A DNA stretch of 64,000 nucleotides. Source: Nitrosopumilus sp. (GTDB taxonomy: Archaea; Thermoproteota; Nitrososphaeria; Nitrososphaerales; Nitrosopumilaceae). Under the pieces are notes generated by a model, which did no database searches, was not told where the DNA came from, and was given only the letters and a program-made list of their open reading frames with translations. Numbering within the stretch: position 1 is the stretch's first letter; each line of letters begins with the position of its first letter. The DNA is taken from assembly GCA_965205675.1 (NCBI GenBank), contig OZ242186.1:1376001-1440000 (forward strand). The letters are read 5' to 3'. The translations under genes and the position numbers were made by a program. Of the stretch, positions 1 to 9,068 are shown in pieces.

Positions 1-18
1 TAAAAGGAGGAACCAATT

Positions 19-615
19 ATGGTCCAACAAAAACTAGAATACAAAAATCAGGTGTTAGTGATACGTCCAGAAGAAACACCAGAATCTCCAAGAGGCCTGA
101 CAGAAAATATCGGAACGATGGTCTGCTCACACAGCAGATATACGCTAGGGGATGTGCAGACAGAATTCACCACAGTACAAGAGTATCTGGAATCCGAAGA
201 GATATCCTTCAAAGAGATTGCAGTGATCATGCCGCTGTACCTGTATGATCATAGTGGCATTAGCATGTCTTGCGGCAAACGCCTCGGGCAATACAATGAC
301 TCGTGGGACTCTTCATATGTGGGATTCATCTATGCCACAAAAGAAGAGATACGCAAGCAATGGAGCACAAGTAGAATTTCAAAACAGCTCAAAAAGCACG
401 TCACAGAAAGACTAGAATACGAAGTCAAGACATACGACCAGTATCTCACAGGAGACGTATACGAGTTTACCCTGTATACAAAGGAAACATGCAGTCTTAA
501 TGAGACACATCTCCAAGTGGTGGAGTGTTGCGGTGGATTTTATGGCGACTGTCATGAAGAGTCAGGACTTGCAGAGTGTATCGAGGGATTTGCAAACTTT
601 GAGGAGGCTAGCTAA
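19..615 (+). CDS. MGE/virus-type conserved hypothetical protein (LYLYDHSG...WDS..VGFIY), copy 1
   Basis: 198-aa ORF with strong SD (AAGGAGG), present in all three units. Confidence 0.85.
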   Translation: MVQQKLEYKNQVLVIRPEETPESPRGLTENIGTMVCSHSRYTLGDVQTEFTTVQEYLESEEISFKEIAVIMPLYLYDHSGISMSCGKRLGQYNDSWDSSYVGFIYATKEEIRKQWSTSRISKQLKKHVTERLEYEVKTYDQYLTGDVYEFTLYTKETCSLNETHLQVVECCGGFYGDCHEESGLAECIEGFANFEEAS

Positions 616-1043
616 TGTCAGCACAAGAGATACCAAAACTCTGCGAGACCGATGGAACACCGTTTGCAGAGAAGATAATCCACCAGATATGGCACATTGC
701 ATCAGTAAACTTTGTGTGGTGTGTGGCAGAACTGGACGAAACAACAAAGGAGGCATTCGGATATGCCAATCTCAACTCCGACAGAGACGCAGAATGGGGA
801 TACATTGACATTGCAGACATTAAGAAAAATGGTGCAAAACTAACAGAGACTACAATCAAACCGTTCTCAGAGATGCTACCTTTGGTACGACCTCAAAACG
901 ATTGTCCAGAGTGTGGTTCCACCCAATACGGATATCACGCCATCAAGAGAGGAGACCCTACATTGACTGATGACACATTTGAGTTGTGGATTTGCAGAAA
1001 CTGCAACTTTCAGCCATTTTCAAACATCAGGGGTCTGATATAG
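615..1043 (+). CDS. DUF2958-like protein with C-terminal Zn ribbon, copy 1
   Basis: IPKL.ETDG, W.VAE.D...FGY...AEWGY motifs; CPEC...CRNC; TAATG coupling to ORF1. Confidence 0.75.
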   Translation: MSAQEIPKLCETDGTPFAEKIIHQIWHIASVNFVWCVAELDETTKEAFGYANLNSDRDAEWGYIDIADIKKNGAKLTETTIKPFSEMLPLVRPQNDCPECGSTQYGYHAIKRGDPTLTDDTFELWICRNCNFQPFSNIRGLI

Positions 1044-1044
1044 A

Positions 1045-1362
1045 ATGCGGCAAATGTTAATTCGTGACGTAGCCCCGAACTTCCGTGTTTCTGTCGGTTC
1101 AGTCGAGATCCCCGCCTACTGGCGTAGCTTATGCCGTTATGATGATCCTGAGGTGTATAGCTTCATGGTGGCTTCCATTGCTCATCTCATAGCTGAGCAT
1201 GGCAAAAAACGGCAAATCTATAACGAGTATGGCCACCATTACAAATCTAAAACACAGGGGATCGTTATTCCAATTGATCAGTGGGATAAAATGGCAAGAA
1301 CCCCTGTCCCTGGTTGGGGTTGGACTGGCTGCCGCAAGTATAATGCAGCTTGTGACAAATAA
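1045..1362 (+). CDS. Hypothetical protein (GC-richer cargo gene), copy 1
   Basis: 105-aa ORF 1 nt after the ORF2 stop. Confidence 0.6.
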   Translation: MRQMLIRDVAPNFRVSVGSVEIPAYWRSLCRYDDPEVYSFMVASIAHLIAEHGKKRQIYNEYGHHYKSKTQGIVIPIDQWDKMARTPVPGWGWTGCRKYNAACDK

Positions 1363-1382
1363 CACTGGAGGCTCAGAAGAGC

Positions 1383-1859
1383 ATGTTTGGTAAAGGTACG
1401 GATGTACAAAAAACCAACATCAGTGATCAGGTAAAGGACAATCGATGGCTGTTTGTCATTGTATCTCTTGGCATCGGTCTGTTGATAACAGGAGTGGTTT
1501 TGTGGAACGAGACACTTGTCGCCATAGGAGCTGCCTTTATTATTGCCGGCGGTGTAGGGATATACATGATGCTTGCAACAAGACAGGTAGCAAAGAAACT
1601 GCACCTGCGATTCAATGAGCAAAATGTGATCCTGACAAAACTCGATGAGAGTTCAAACAAACAAACAGAAATTCTCAAAGACATAGCATCGTCTCAGAAG
1701 GAGATGGGCAAGTCTCTCAAGGAGATAACATCATCTCAGAAAGAGATAGCATCATCTCAGAAACAAAACCATTCAGAGATGATAGACGTTCTAAAAAGAA
1801 TAGAGACAGGTTTCTCAAATCTCGGAGAAGGTCTCAAGAAAATAGAGAACAAGCTGTAA
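1383..1859 (+). CDS. Two-TM membrane protein with coiled-coil heptads (KEIxSSQ), copy 1
   Basis: GGAGG SD, two hydrophobic helices, heptad repeats. Confidence 0.8.
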   Translation: MFGKGTDVQKTNISDQVKDNRWLFVIVSLGIGLLITGVVLWNETLVAIGAAFIIAGGVGIYMMLATRQVAKKLHLRFNEQNVILTKLDESSNKQTEILKDIASSQKEMGKSLKEITSSQKEIASSQKQNHSEMIDVLKRIETGFSNLGEGLKKIENKL

Positions 1860-1882
1860 AGTACAGTTTGATTTGAGAGTAC

Positions 1883-2076
1883 GACACCTCAAAACCCATT
1901 TTAGTTTTAGCGCAAGCTAGGACCTGATTTATCAGATGGGTGCGAGGTGTCATGGAAGATCCACATGGATTTTTCAAAATTATTCCCACAGAGTTGTAAC
2001 GAATTATTTCCAAAAGGGAATAACTCAGCCCAAGATCTCATGACGGGAATCGTCCTGCTGGTGACGTTACTGCCAG
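1883..2076 (+). ncRNA. Candidate structured leader RNA (or ssDNA structure)
   Basis: Nested stems GACACCTC/GAGGTGTC and ACCCAT/ATGGGT; hairpins GTTTTAGC-GCAA-GCTAGGAC, GGAAGATCC/GGATTTTTC, TTATTTCC/GGGAATAA. Confidence 0.55.
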
Positions 2077-2096
2077 AATAAAAGGAGGAACCAATT

Positions 2097-2693
2097 ATGG
2101 TCCAACAAAAACTAGAATACAAAAATCAGGTGTTAGTGATACGTCCAGAAGAAACACCAGAATCTCCAAGAGGCCTGACAGAAAATATCGGAACGATGGT
2201 CTGCTCACACAGCAGATATACGCTAGGGGATGTGCAGACAGAATTCACCACAGTACAAGAGTATCTGGAATCCGAAGAGATATCCTTCAAAGAGATTGCA
2301 GTGATCATGCCGCTGTACCTGTATGATCATAGTGGCATTAGCATGTCTTGCGGCAAACGCCTCGGGCAATACAATGACTCGTGGGACTCTTCATATGTGG
2401 GATTCATCTATGCCACAAAAGAAGAGATACGCAAGCAATGGAGCACAAGTAGAATTTCAAAACAGCTCAAAAAGCACGTCACAGAAAGACTAGAATACGA
2501 AGTCAAGACATACGACCAGTATCTCACAGGAGACGTATACGAGTTTACCCTGTATACAAAGGAAACATGCAGTCTTAATGAGACACATCTCCAAGTGGTG
2601 GAGTGTTGCGGTGGATTTTATGGCGACTGTCATGAAGAGTCAGGACTTGCAGAGTGTATCGAGGGATTTGCAAACTTTGAGGAGACTAGCTAA
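2097..2693 (+). CDS. Conserved hypothetical protein, copy 2
   Basis: Near-identical to 19..615. Confidence 0.85.
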   Translation: MVQQKLEYKNQVLVIRPEETPESPRGLTENIGTMVCSHSRYTLGDVQTEFTTVQEYLESEEISFKEIAVIMPLYLYDHSGISMSCGKRLGQYNDSWDSSYVGFIYATKEEIRKQWSTSRISKQLKKHVTERLEYEVKTYDQYLTGDVYEFTLYTKETCSLNETHLQVVECCGGFYGDCHEESGLAECIEGFANFEETS

Positions 2694-3121
2694 TGTCAGC
2701 ACAAGAGATACCAAAACTCTATGAGACAGACGGAACGCCGTTTGCAGAGAAGATAATCCACCAGATATGGCACATTGCATCAGTAAACTTTGTGTGGTGT
2801 GTGGCAGAACTGGACGAAACAACAAAGGAGGCATTCGGATATGCCAATCTCAACTCCGACAGAGACGCAGAATGGGGATACATTGACATTGCAGACATTA
2901 AGAAAAATGGTGCAAAACTAACAGAGACTACAATCAAACCGTTCTCAGAGATGCTGCCTTTGGTACGACCTCAAAACGATTGTCCAGAGTGTGGTTCCAC
3001 CCAATACGGATATCACGCCATCAAGAGAGGAGACCCTACATTGACTGATGACACATTTGAGTTGTGGATTTGCAGAAACTGCAACTTTCAGCCATTTTCA
3101 AACATCAGGGGTCTGATATAG
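2693..3121 (+). CDS. DUF2958-like/Zn-ribbon protein, copy 2
   Basis: Near-identical to 615..1043. Confidence 0.75.
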   Translation: MSAQEIPKLYETDGTPFAEKIIHQIWHIASVNFVWCVAELDETTKEAFGYANLNSDRDAEWGYIDIADIKKNGAKLTETTIKPFSEMLPLVRPQNDCPECGSTQYGYHAIKRGDPTLTDDTFELWICRNCNFQPFSNIRGLI

Positions 3122-3122
3122 A

Positions 3123-3440
3123 ATGCGGCAAATGTTAATTCGTGACGTAGCCCCGAACTTCCGTGTTTCTGTCGGTTCAGTCGAGATCCCCGCCTACTGG
3201 CGTAGCTTATGCCGTTATGATGATCCTGAGGTGTATAGCTTCATGGTGGCTTCCATTGCTCATCTCATAGCTGAGCATGGCAAAAAACGGCAAATCTATA
3301 ACGAGTATGGCCACCATTACAAATCTAAAACACAGGGGATCGTTATTCCAATTGATCAGTGGGATAAAATGGCAAGAACCCCTGTCCCTGGTTGGGGTTG
3401 GACTGGCTGCCGCAAGTATAATGCAGCTTGTGACAAATAA
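3123..3440 (+). CDS. Hypothetical cargo protein, copy 2
   Basis: Identical protein to 1045..1362. Confidence 0.6.
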   Translation: MRQMLIRDVAPNFRVSVGSVEIPAYWRSLCRYDDPEVYSFMVASIAHLIAEHGKKRQIYNEYGHHYKSKTQGIVIPIDQWDKMARTPVPGWGWTGCRKYNAACDK

Positions 3441-3460
3441 CACTGGAGGCTCAGAAGAGC

Positions 3461-3916
3461 ATGTTTGGTAAAGGTACGGATGTACAAAAAACCAACATCA
3501 GTGATCAGGTAAAGGACAATCGATGGCTGTTTGTCATTGTATCTCTTGGCATCGGTCTGTTGATAACAGGAGTGGTTTTGTGGAACGAGACACTTGTCGC
3601 CATAGGAGCTGCCTTTATTATTGCCGGCGGTGTAGGGATATACATGATGCTTGCAACAAGACAGGTAGCAAAGAAACTGCACCTGCGATTCAATGAGCAA
3701 AATGTGATCCTGACAAAACTCGATGAGAGTTCAAACAAACAAACAGAAATTCTCAAAGACATAGCATCATCTCAGAAGGAGATGGGCAAGTCTCTCAAGG
3801 AGATAACATCATCTCAGAAACAAAACCATTCAGAGATGATAGAGATTCTCAAAAGAATAGAGACAGGTTTCTCAACTCTCGGAGAAGGTCTCAAGAAAAT
3901 AGAGAACAAGCTGTAA
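3461..3916 (+). CDS. Two-TM coiled-coil membrane protein, copy 2 (one heptad shorter)
   Basis: 151 aa versus 158 aa; in-frame 21-bp difference. Confidence 0.8.
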   Translation: MFGKGTDVQKTNISDQVKDNRWLFVIVSLGIGLLITGVVLWNETLVAIGAAFIIAGGVGIYMMLATRQVAKKLHLRFNEQNVILTKLDESSNKQTEILKDIASSQKEMGKSLKEITSSQKQNHSEMIEILKRIETGFSTLGEGLKKIENKL

Positions 3917-3939
3917 AGTACAGTTTGATTTGAGAGTAC

Positions 3940-4133
3940 GACACCTCAAAACCCATTTTAGTTTTAGCGCAAGCTAGGACCTGATTTATCAGATGGGTGC
4001 GAGGTGTCATGGAAGATCCATACGGATTTTTCAAAATTATTCCTACAGAGTTGTAACGAATTATTTCCAAAAGGGAATAACTCAACCCAATCTCTCATGA
4101 CGGGAATCGTCCTGCTGGTGACGTTACTGCCAG
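3940..4133 (+). ncRNA. Second copy of candidate structured leader
   Basis: Same stems; hairpin loop ACAT changed to ATAC with the stem kept. Confidence 0.55.
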
Positions 4134-4153
4134 AATAAAAGGAGGAACCAATT

Positions 4154-4750
4154 ATGGTCCGACAAAAACTAGAATACAAAAATCAGGTGTTAGTGATACG
4201 TCCAGAAGAAACACCAGAATCTCCAAGAGACACGGAAGAAAACCTCGGAACGATGGTCTGCTCACACAGCAAATATGCGCTAGGGGATGTACAGACAGAG
4301 TTCACTACAGTACAAGAGTATCTGGAATCCGAAGAGATATCCTTCAAAGAGATTGCAGTGATCATGCCGCTGTACCTGTATGATCATAGTGGCATTAGCA
4401 TGTCTTGCGGCAAACGCCTCGGGCAATACAATGACTCGTGGGATTCTTCATGTGTGGGATTCATCTATGCCACAAAAGAAGAGATACGCAAGCAATGGAG
4501 CACAAGTAGAATTTCAAAACAACTCAAAAAGCACGTCACAGAAATACTAGAATCCGAAGTCAAGACATACAACCAGTATCTCACAGGAGACGTATACGAG
4601 TTTACCCTGTATACAAAGGAATCATGCAGTCTTAATGAGACACATCTCCAAGTGGTGGAGTGTTGCGGTGGATTTTATGGCGACTGTCATGAAGAGTCAG
4701 GACTTGCAGAGCATATCGAGGGATTTGCAAACTTTGAGGAGACTAGCTAA
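4154..4750 (+). CDS. Conserved hypothetical protein, copy 3 (diverged allele)
   Basis: Same length, scattered substitutions. Confidence 0.85.
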   Translation: MVRQKLEYKNQVLVIRPEETPESPRDTEENLGTMVCSHSKYALGDVQTEFTTVQEYLESEEISFKEIAVIMPLYLYDHSGISMSCGKRLGQYNDSWDSSCVGFIYATKEEIRKQWSTSRISKQLKKHVTEILESEVKTYNQYLTGDVYEFTLYTKESCSLNETHLQVVECCGGFYGDCHEESGLAEHIEGFANFEETS

Positions 4751-5178
4751 TGTCAGCACAAGAGATACCAAAACTCTGCGAGACCGATGGAACACCGTTT
4801 GCAGAGAAGATAATCCACCAGATATGGCACATTGCATCAGTAAACTTTGTGTGGTGTGTGGCAGAACTGGACGAAACAACAAAGGAGGCATTCGGATATG
4901 CCAATCTCAACGATGATGATATGGCCGAATGGGGATACATTAGCATCCCAGAGATCAAGGCAAACGGGGCAAAGATGATAGAGTCTGAGCCAAAAAAGTT
5001 CTCAGAGATGATAAAGTTGCTAAGACCAAAGAATGGCTGTCCAGAGTGTACTTCGGTCCAGTACGGATTTCACACGATACAAAGAGGAGATCCTACATTG
5101 ACTGATGACACATTTGAGATGTGGATTTGCAGAAACTGCAACTTTCAGCCATTTACAAACATCAGAGGTCTGGTCTAG
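4750..5178 (+). CDS. DUF2958-like/Zn-ribbon protein, copy 3 (mosaic C-half)
   Basis: Matches copy 1 to about 4910, then diverges. Confidence 0.75.
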   Translation: MSAQEIPKLCETDGTPFAEKIIHQIWHIASVNFVWCVAELDETTKEAFGYANLNDDDMAEWGYISIPEIKANGAKMIESEPKKFSEMIKLLRPKNGCPECTSVQYGFHTIQRGDPTLTDDTFEMWICRNCNFQPFTNIRGLV

Positions 5179-5287
5179 AAATGTCTGAATGCCCAAGAGT
5201 CAATACAGTTTATCAAGACAGAAAACTCATAATGCAAGGGCAAATGACATACACTCGAAAGCATGAGCACTGCCAGATACAAGTGAC

Positions 5288-5749
5288 ATGCTAAAGACAT
5301 ACAAGCTAGCCGTATTATCTGCGAAAAGGAGCAGCAGGTAATTGGCTGTCGGAACAGAACTGTTATGCAGCATCTTTGATGTGCTGGCATACAACAACTC
5401 TAGACAAAAGATTCTCAGACGTCTGTACTGCGAGTCAGGACAGCCTGCACGAAAAGCACACAGATTCGTCTCAGAATCCACAAGAAAAAGCCTGGAGCAG
5501 ATAATCCCAAAATGCAAGACCTGCAAGCATTCAAAGCTAAGGCATCTCACCATGGTGTTGACATTTGAGGAGCTGGCAAGTCTCAAAGAGTCAGAACTGC
5601 TCAGAGAGCTGTACATTCAGATTGGCGGTCCTGCAAGAGTCGCATACAATCTATGCAATGCCAAAACACAAAAATCAATCCAGAAACTCGGGATTGACAC
5701 AGTGAAAGGAAAAACACTAAAAAAACCAAAATTTAGGGAATCCCCCTGA
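5288..5749 (+). CDS. Hypothetical basic protein with CxxC; possible in-frame TAA at 5339
   Basis: ATG at 5288 is in frame with ORF 5342..5749. Confidence 0.45.
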
Positions 5750-6132
5750 AGATTCAATATATCTGAAATGATCCTCATACTGAGGTGTTAGATATTATTG
5801 ATGCTCAATTGTACCGTTCCGCAGGAACTATACAATTGGGTTGGCTCTGTCCAACTGGGCATTGCCGAAACCACAAAACGTCTCATCTCAAAAAGAGATG
5901 ATTCTATACAGTACTGTACTATATACAATACTATGTACGATGCTATGAATTGTGGTTGGGGAAAAACAAATAATTCAAATAAAACATCTCATCCCTCATT
6001 CAAAGATGAATCTTTGATGTGCGTATGCAAGACATACAGGCTATGTTCTGATGAATACGTCTCATAATGTATTTGGCGAAAACCAATCATAGGTGTATCC
6101 TGCAATTGGGCAATCATTTGTTGTTGTGGCGT

Positions 6133-6423
6133 TAGCTGGAAACTATAGCTGGAAACTATAGCTGGAAACTATAGCTGGAAACTATAGCTGGAAACTATAG
6201 CTGGAAACTATAGCTGGAAACTATAGCTGGAAACTATAGCTGGAAACTATAGCTGGAAACTATAGCTGGAAACTATAGCTGGAAACTATAGCTGGAAACT
6301 ATAGCTGGAAACTATAGCTGGAAACTATAGCTGGAAACTATAGCTGGAAACTATAGCTGGAAACTATAGCTGGAAACTATAGCTGGAAACTATAGCTGGA
6401 AACTATAGCTGGAAACTATAGCT
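6133..6423. repeat. Perfect 13-bp minisatellite (TAGCTGGAAACTA) x ~22
   Basis: Read directly; no spacers. Confidence 0.98.
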
Positions 6424-6896
6424 AAAGATTGTATTCCCAGTAGATTCTAAATGTTATTTATGGGATATTCCAAATAATGAATCATCTTTGTGAAGAGAGT
6501 GGCCCAGACCTATAGTAACAGTCGCCTCTTCTGAAGAGAGAAATTAACAATATACAATGAATAATTCTCTCAATCTTTACATCATTTCAAATCACCATCT
6601 AAAACCCACATATATCACATGAAACTATATTGGTAATGTCACTGGCTAGATTAGGGAAATATCCAATACCCTCAAACAGATTTTACATTGTATTGTCATG
6701 GTTATTTGATGCCAGTGGCAAATGACTCTAAAAAATAACTTGTACCAAACGTTTGGTAAAAGTTACAGCCAAAGAAGGACGATGATGATTTCTGCCCTTT
6801 AAATTCAAAATTTCATTAGTTTTTGCATGAATCATCTAACTGTAATTATTGCCATTCATAGTATCTTTTTATCTAATCATCCTCTGAATTTGAGGG

Positions 6897-7472
6897 ATGA
6901 CATACATGATTAACATAATTACCCGAATTGCATTTTTTATAGCATCTTTTTTCCCTCTTTGGGGAATAATGCTGTACCTCATAATTGCCAAATACGGACA
7001 TGATGGGTTCCTCATATTTGTTTATGCTGCAATAATTATGGTAATTATTCTATGCATATCTCATGTCAAAACAGACATCAGAGATACCAAGAGAACTGCA
7101 GACAATCCAAAAAACATATGCATCTGTGGAAAAACTGAGACAACTAGAGAATATGTTTTCTCAATAATCCCCTACATCATGGTGGCATCTTCTGCAGACA
7201 TGAACATAGAAAATATTATCGCACTTGTTGCAGTATTTGTAATAATAGGAATTTTATACATTAGAACAAACATGGTTCTTACAAATCCAATGCTACTTTT
7301 AATTGGATTTAGGGTTTTTGAGATCAAATATGCAGAAATAAACGATACCACCGATACTGAGAAAACGACATTATTACTCACAAAGAACGCACCTTGGAAC
7401 GGTCAGGATATGAGAATGGAGCAAGTGTATGATGGAATACATATGGAAAACAAGGAACCAAAATGTGATTAA
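6897..7472 (+). CDS. kwaA: Kiwa KwaA-like multi-TM membrane protein
   Basis: About 4 TM helices; SFFPL, EY.FSIIPY and LYIRTN...NP.L..IG motifs; precedes a KwaB-like gene. Confidence 0.7.
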   Translation: MTYMINIITRIAFFIASFFPLWGIMLYLIIAKYGHDGFLIFVYAAIIMVIILCISHVKTDIRDTKRTADNPKNICICGKTETTREYVFSIIPYIMVASSADMNIENIIALVAVFVIIGILYIRTNMVLTNPMLLLIGFRVFEIKYAEINDTTDTEKTTLLLTKNAPWNGQDMRMEQVYDGIHMENKEPKCD

Positions 7473-7531
7473 ATGTTTTTATTGGTTCGGTCAGTTTGAT
7501 AATCCTTTTGTAAGATAAACCATCTCATACA

Positions 7532-8522
7532 ATGATGAAACCAGACGTTGCCAAATCAATATTTTTAAAAATTGCTAACAGTATTACTGATTCGTTAAAC
7601 ATAGAAATTATACATCATAACAAAGGGTACAAAACATAATCCTGAAAATAAGGTATTTCCAAACCATGTAAAAACAAAAAACGATGTAAAAAAAGTCATG
7701 AACGAATCAATTGTAAAGGATTTGTCTCAAAAATATAGCAATGTTGAGGAAGGAAAATTAAAACTGGGAGATCTGCTGGTCCATGACGTAGATAAGCAAG
7801 ATTATCTTTTCTTAGAAAAAAATAGCAACATGGCTCTAGGTAGTTTTGTAGATAAAATAATCAATAACAGTGTAGGAAGTTCAATAACGTCAACAAAAAA
7901 CATGCTCAAATCAAAAGGATTTTGTGCAAGATTGACTGGAACTAACATCGATGTCATGGCATTTAGCTCAATATCATACATCCAAGCAGAGGATACAGAA
8001 GGAATAACAACTAGGCTTGTCAATGATTTGCTTGAATACATCAGAGAGGACACAGTTGTATTCTCAGATCAAATCGATGCATTATACGTAGTTGAGTCTG
8101 AATTATTAATAATCTTTAATGAATCAAACATCAAAAAGATGTTGGGATTTGATGAATATTATAAAAAATTAAGCATTGATGCATTGTTAGAATTGGACTC
8201 GTTAGTTGAAACAAACAGGGGATTTTTAGAGAAAAATCTTGTAAATGTCTCTGTGATAGAAGATATAGTTCGCATAGTCAAAGGATCTAAATTTGAAAAG
8301 ACGATTGATAATTACAAAGAACATGATAGAATATTCAAAGCAAACAAAGATCTTGATCCAAAATTTACTGCAGTTGACATTACAGAAGATAACAGAATCA
8401 GACTGGATACAAAAAACAAATTACATACATTTGTAAGAATAAGCAAACGTAACATATTACAAGACCCATTAAATCTCAAAGATCTCTATGTTGTATTTGG
8501 TAAAAAATCCATGAACAAATAA
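7532..8522 (+). CDS. kwaB: Kiwa KwaB-like (DUF4868) protein with a one-base frameshift near 7607
   Basis: VFSDQIDALY...IFNESN...FDEYYK segment; ATG 7532 frame (MMKPDV...LNIE) joins LYIITKG... if one A is removed. Confidence 0.65.
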
Positions 8523-8599
8523 TGTGCTTACCGAGTCCAAAAAAACTAACAGCATTTTATTTTCTGCCCTTTAAATTCAAATTTTACTGGATATAATGC

Positions 8600-8995
8600 A
8601 TGCCAAAACTCCAGGTATTCTGTAAAACAAAAAAGGAAAACTATGGCATACAGCGACATGACTCGTATAATGTTGTAATCCCCTACAGAACAGCAGAAGA
8701 TATGCATGTACAAGACGGCATGGTATTGCACGCTACGGCATCAGAAAAAACTGGTACGATACGACTGCACAAAAAGGAATTAAAAGATTCCACTCCAGTC
8801 AAAATCAGGCAGAGGCTGACTAAAACATACAAGAATCAAAGATATCATTCCACAAAAGTTACCATCCCAGTACACATTGCAAGGGAATTGCACCTGCAAA
8901 AAAATGACGAACTAGACGTTGACTGCAGAGCTGATACCATAATCATAAAGTCAAGGACAAAAGACAAGAGAAGACCAAGGGCGACATACTCGTAA
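8600..8995 (+). CDS. Double AbrB/MazE/SpoVT-type DNA-binding protein
   Basis: Two repeats: YNVVIP..AEDM and KVTIPVHIARELHLQKND. Confidence 0.75.
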   Translation: MPKLQVFCKTKKENYGIQRHDSYNVVIPYRTAEDMHVQDGMVLHATASEKTGTIRLHKKELKDSTPVKIRQRLTKTYKNQRYHSTKVTIPVHIARELHLQKNDELDVDCRADTIIIKSRTKDKRRPRATYS

Positions 8996-9068
8996 TTAGT
9001 CATCTGTGCAAAGTTACAACAGAGAATTCAGCAGGTATGCTTTTATGATATAGCAATATCAAAGTCGC

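Larger units (their letters stand above)
1..5178 (+). repeat. Tandem array of ~2.07-kb units (periods 2078 and 2057 bp), two full units plus a partial diverged third; may continue left of the window
   Basis: taaaaggaggaaccaattatgg recurs at 1, 2079 and 4136; the same ORFs repeat; unit 2 lacks one 21-bp heptad in ORF4. Confidence 0.97.
6789..8581 (+). repeat. 21-bp direct repeats TTTCTGCCCTTTAAATTCAAA (6789-6809, 8561-8581) flanking the Kiwa-like pair
   Basis: Exact match of both copies. Confidence 0.8.

Noticed and set aside
1-5178. Diversity-generating retroelement TR/VR pair
   Set aside because: Differences between copies are not adenine-specific and there is no reverse transcriptase in the window.
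5798-6067. 89-aa ORF
   Set aside because: No motif, weak start, no supporting context.
6133-6423. CRISPR array
   Set aside because: Head-to-tail 13-bp units without spacers; no cas genes in the window.
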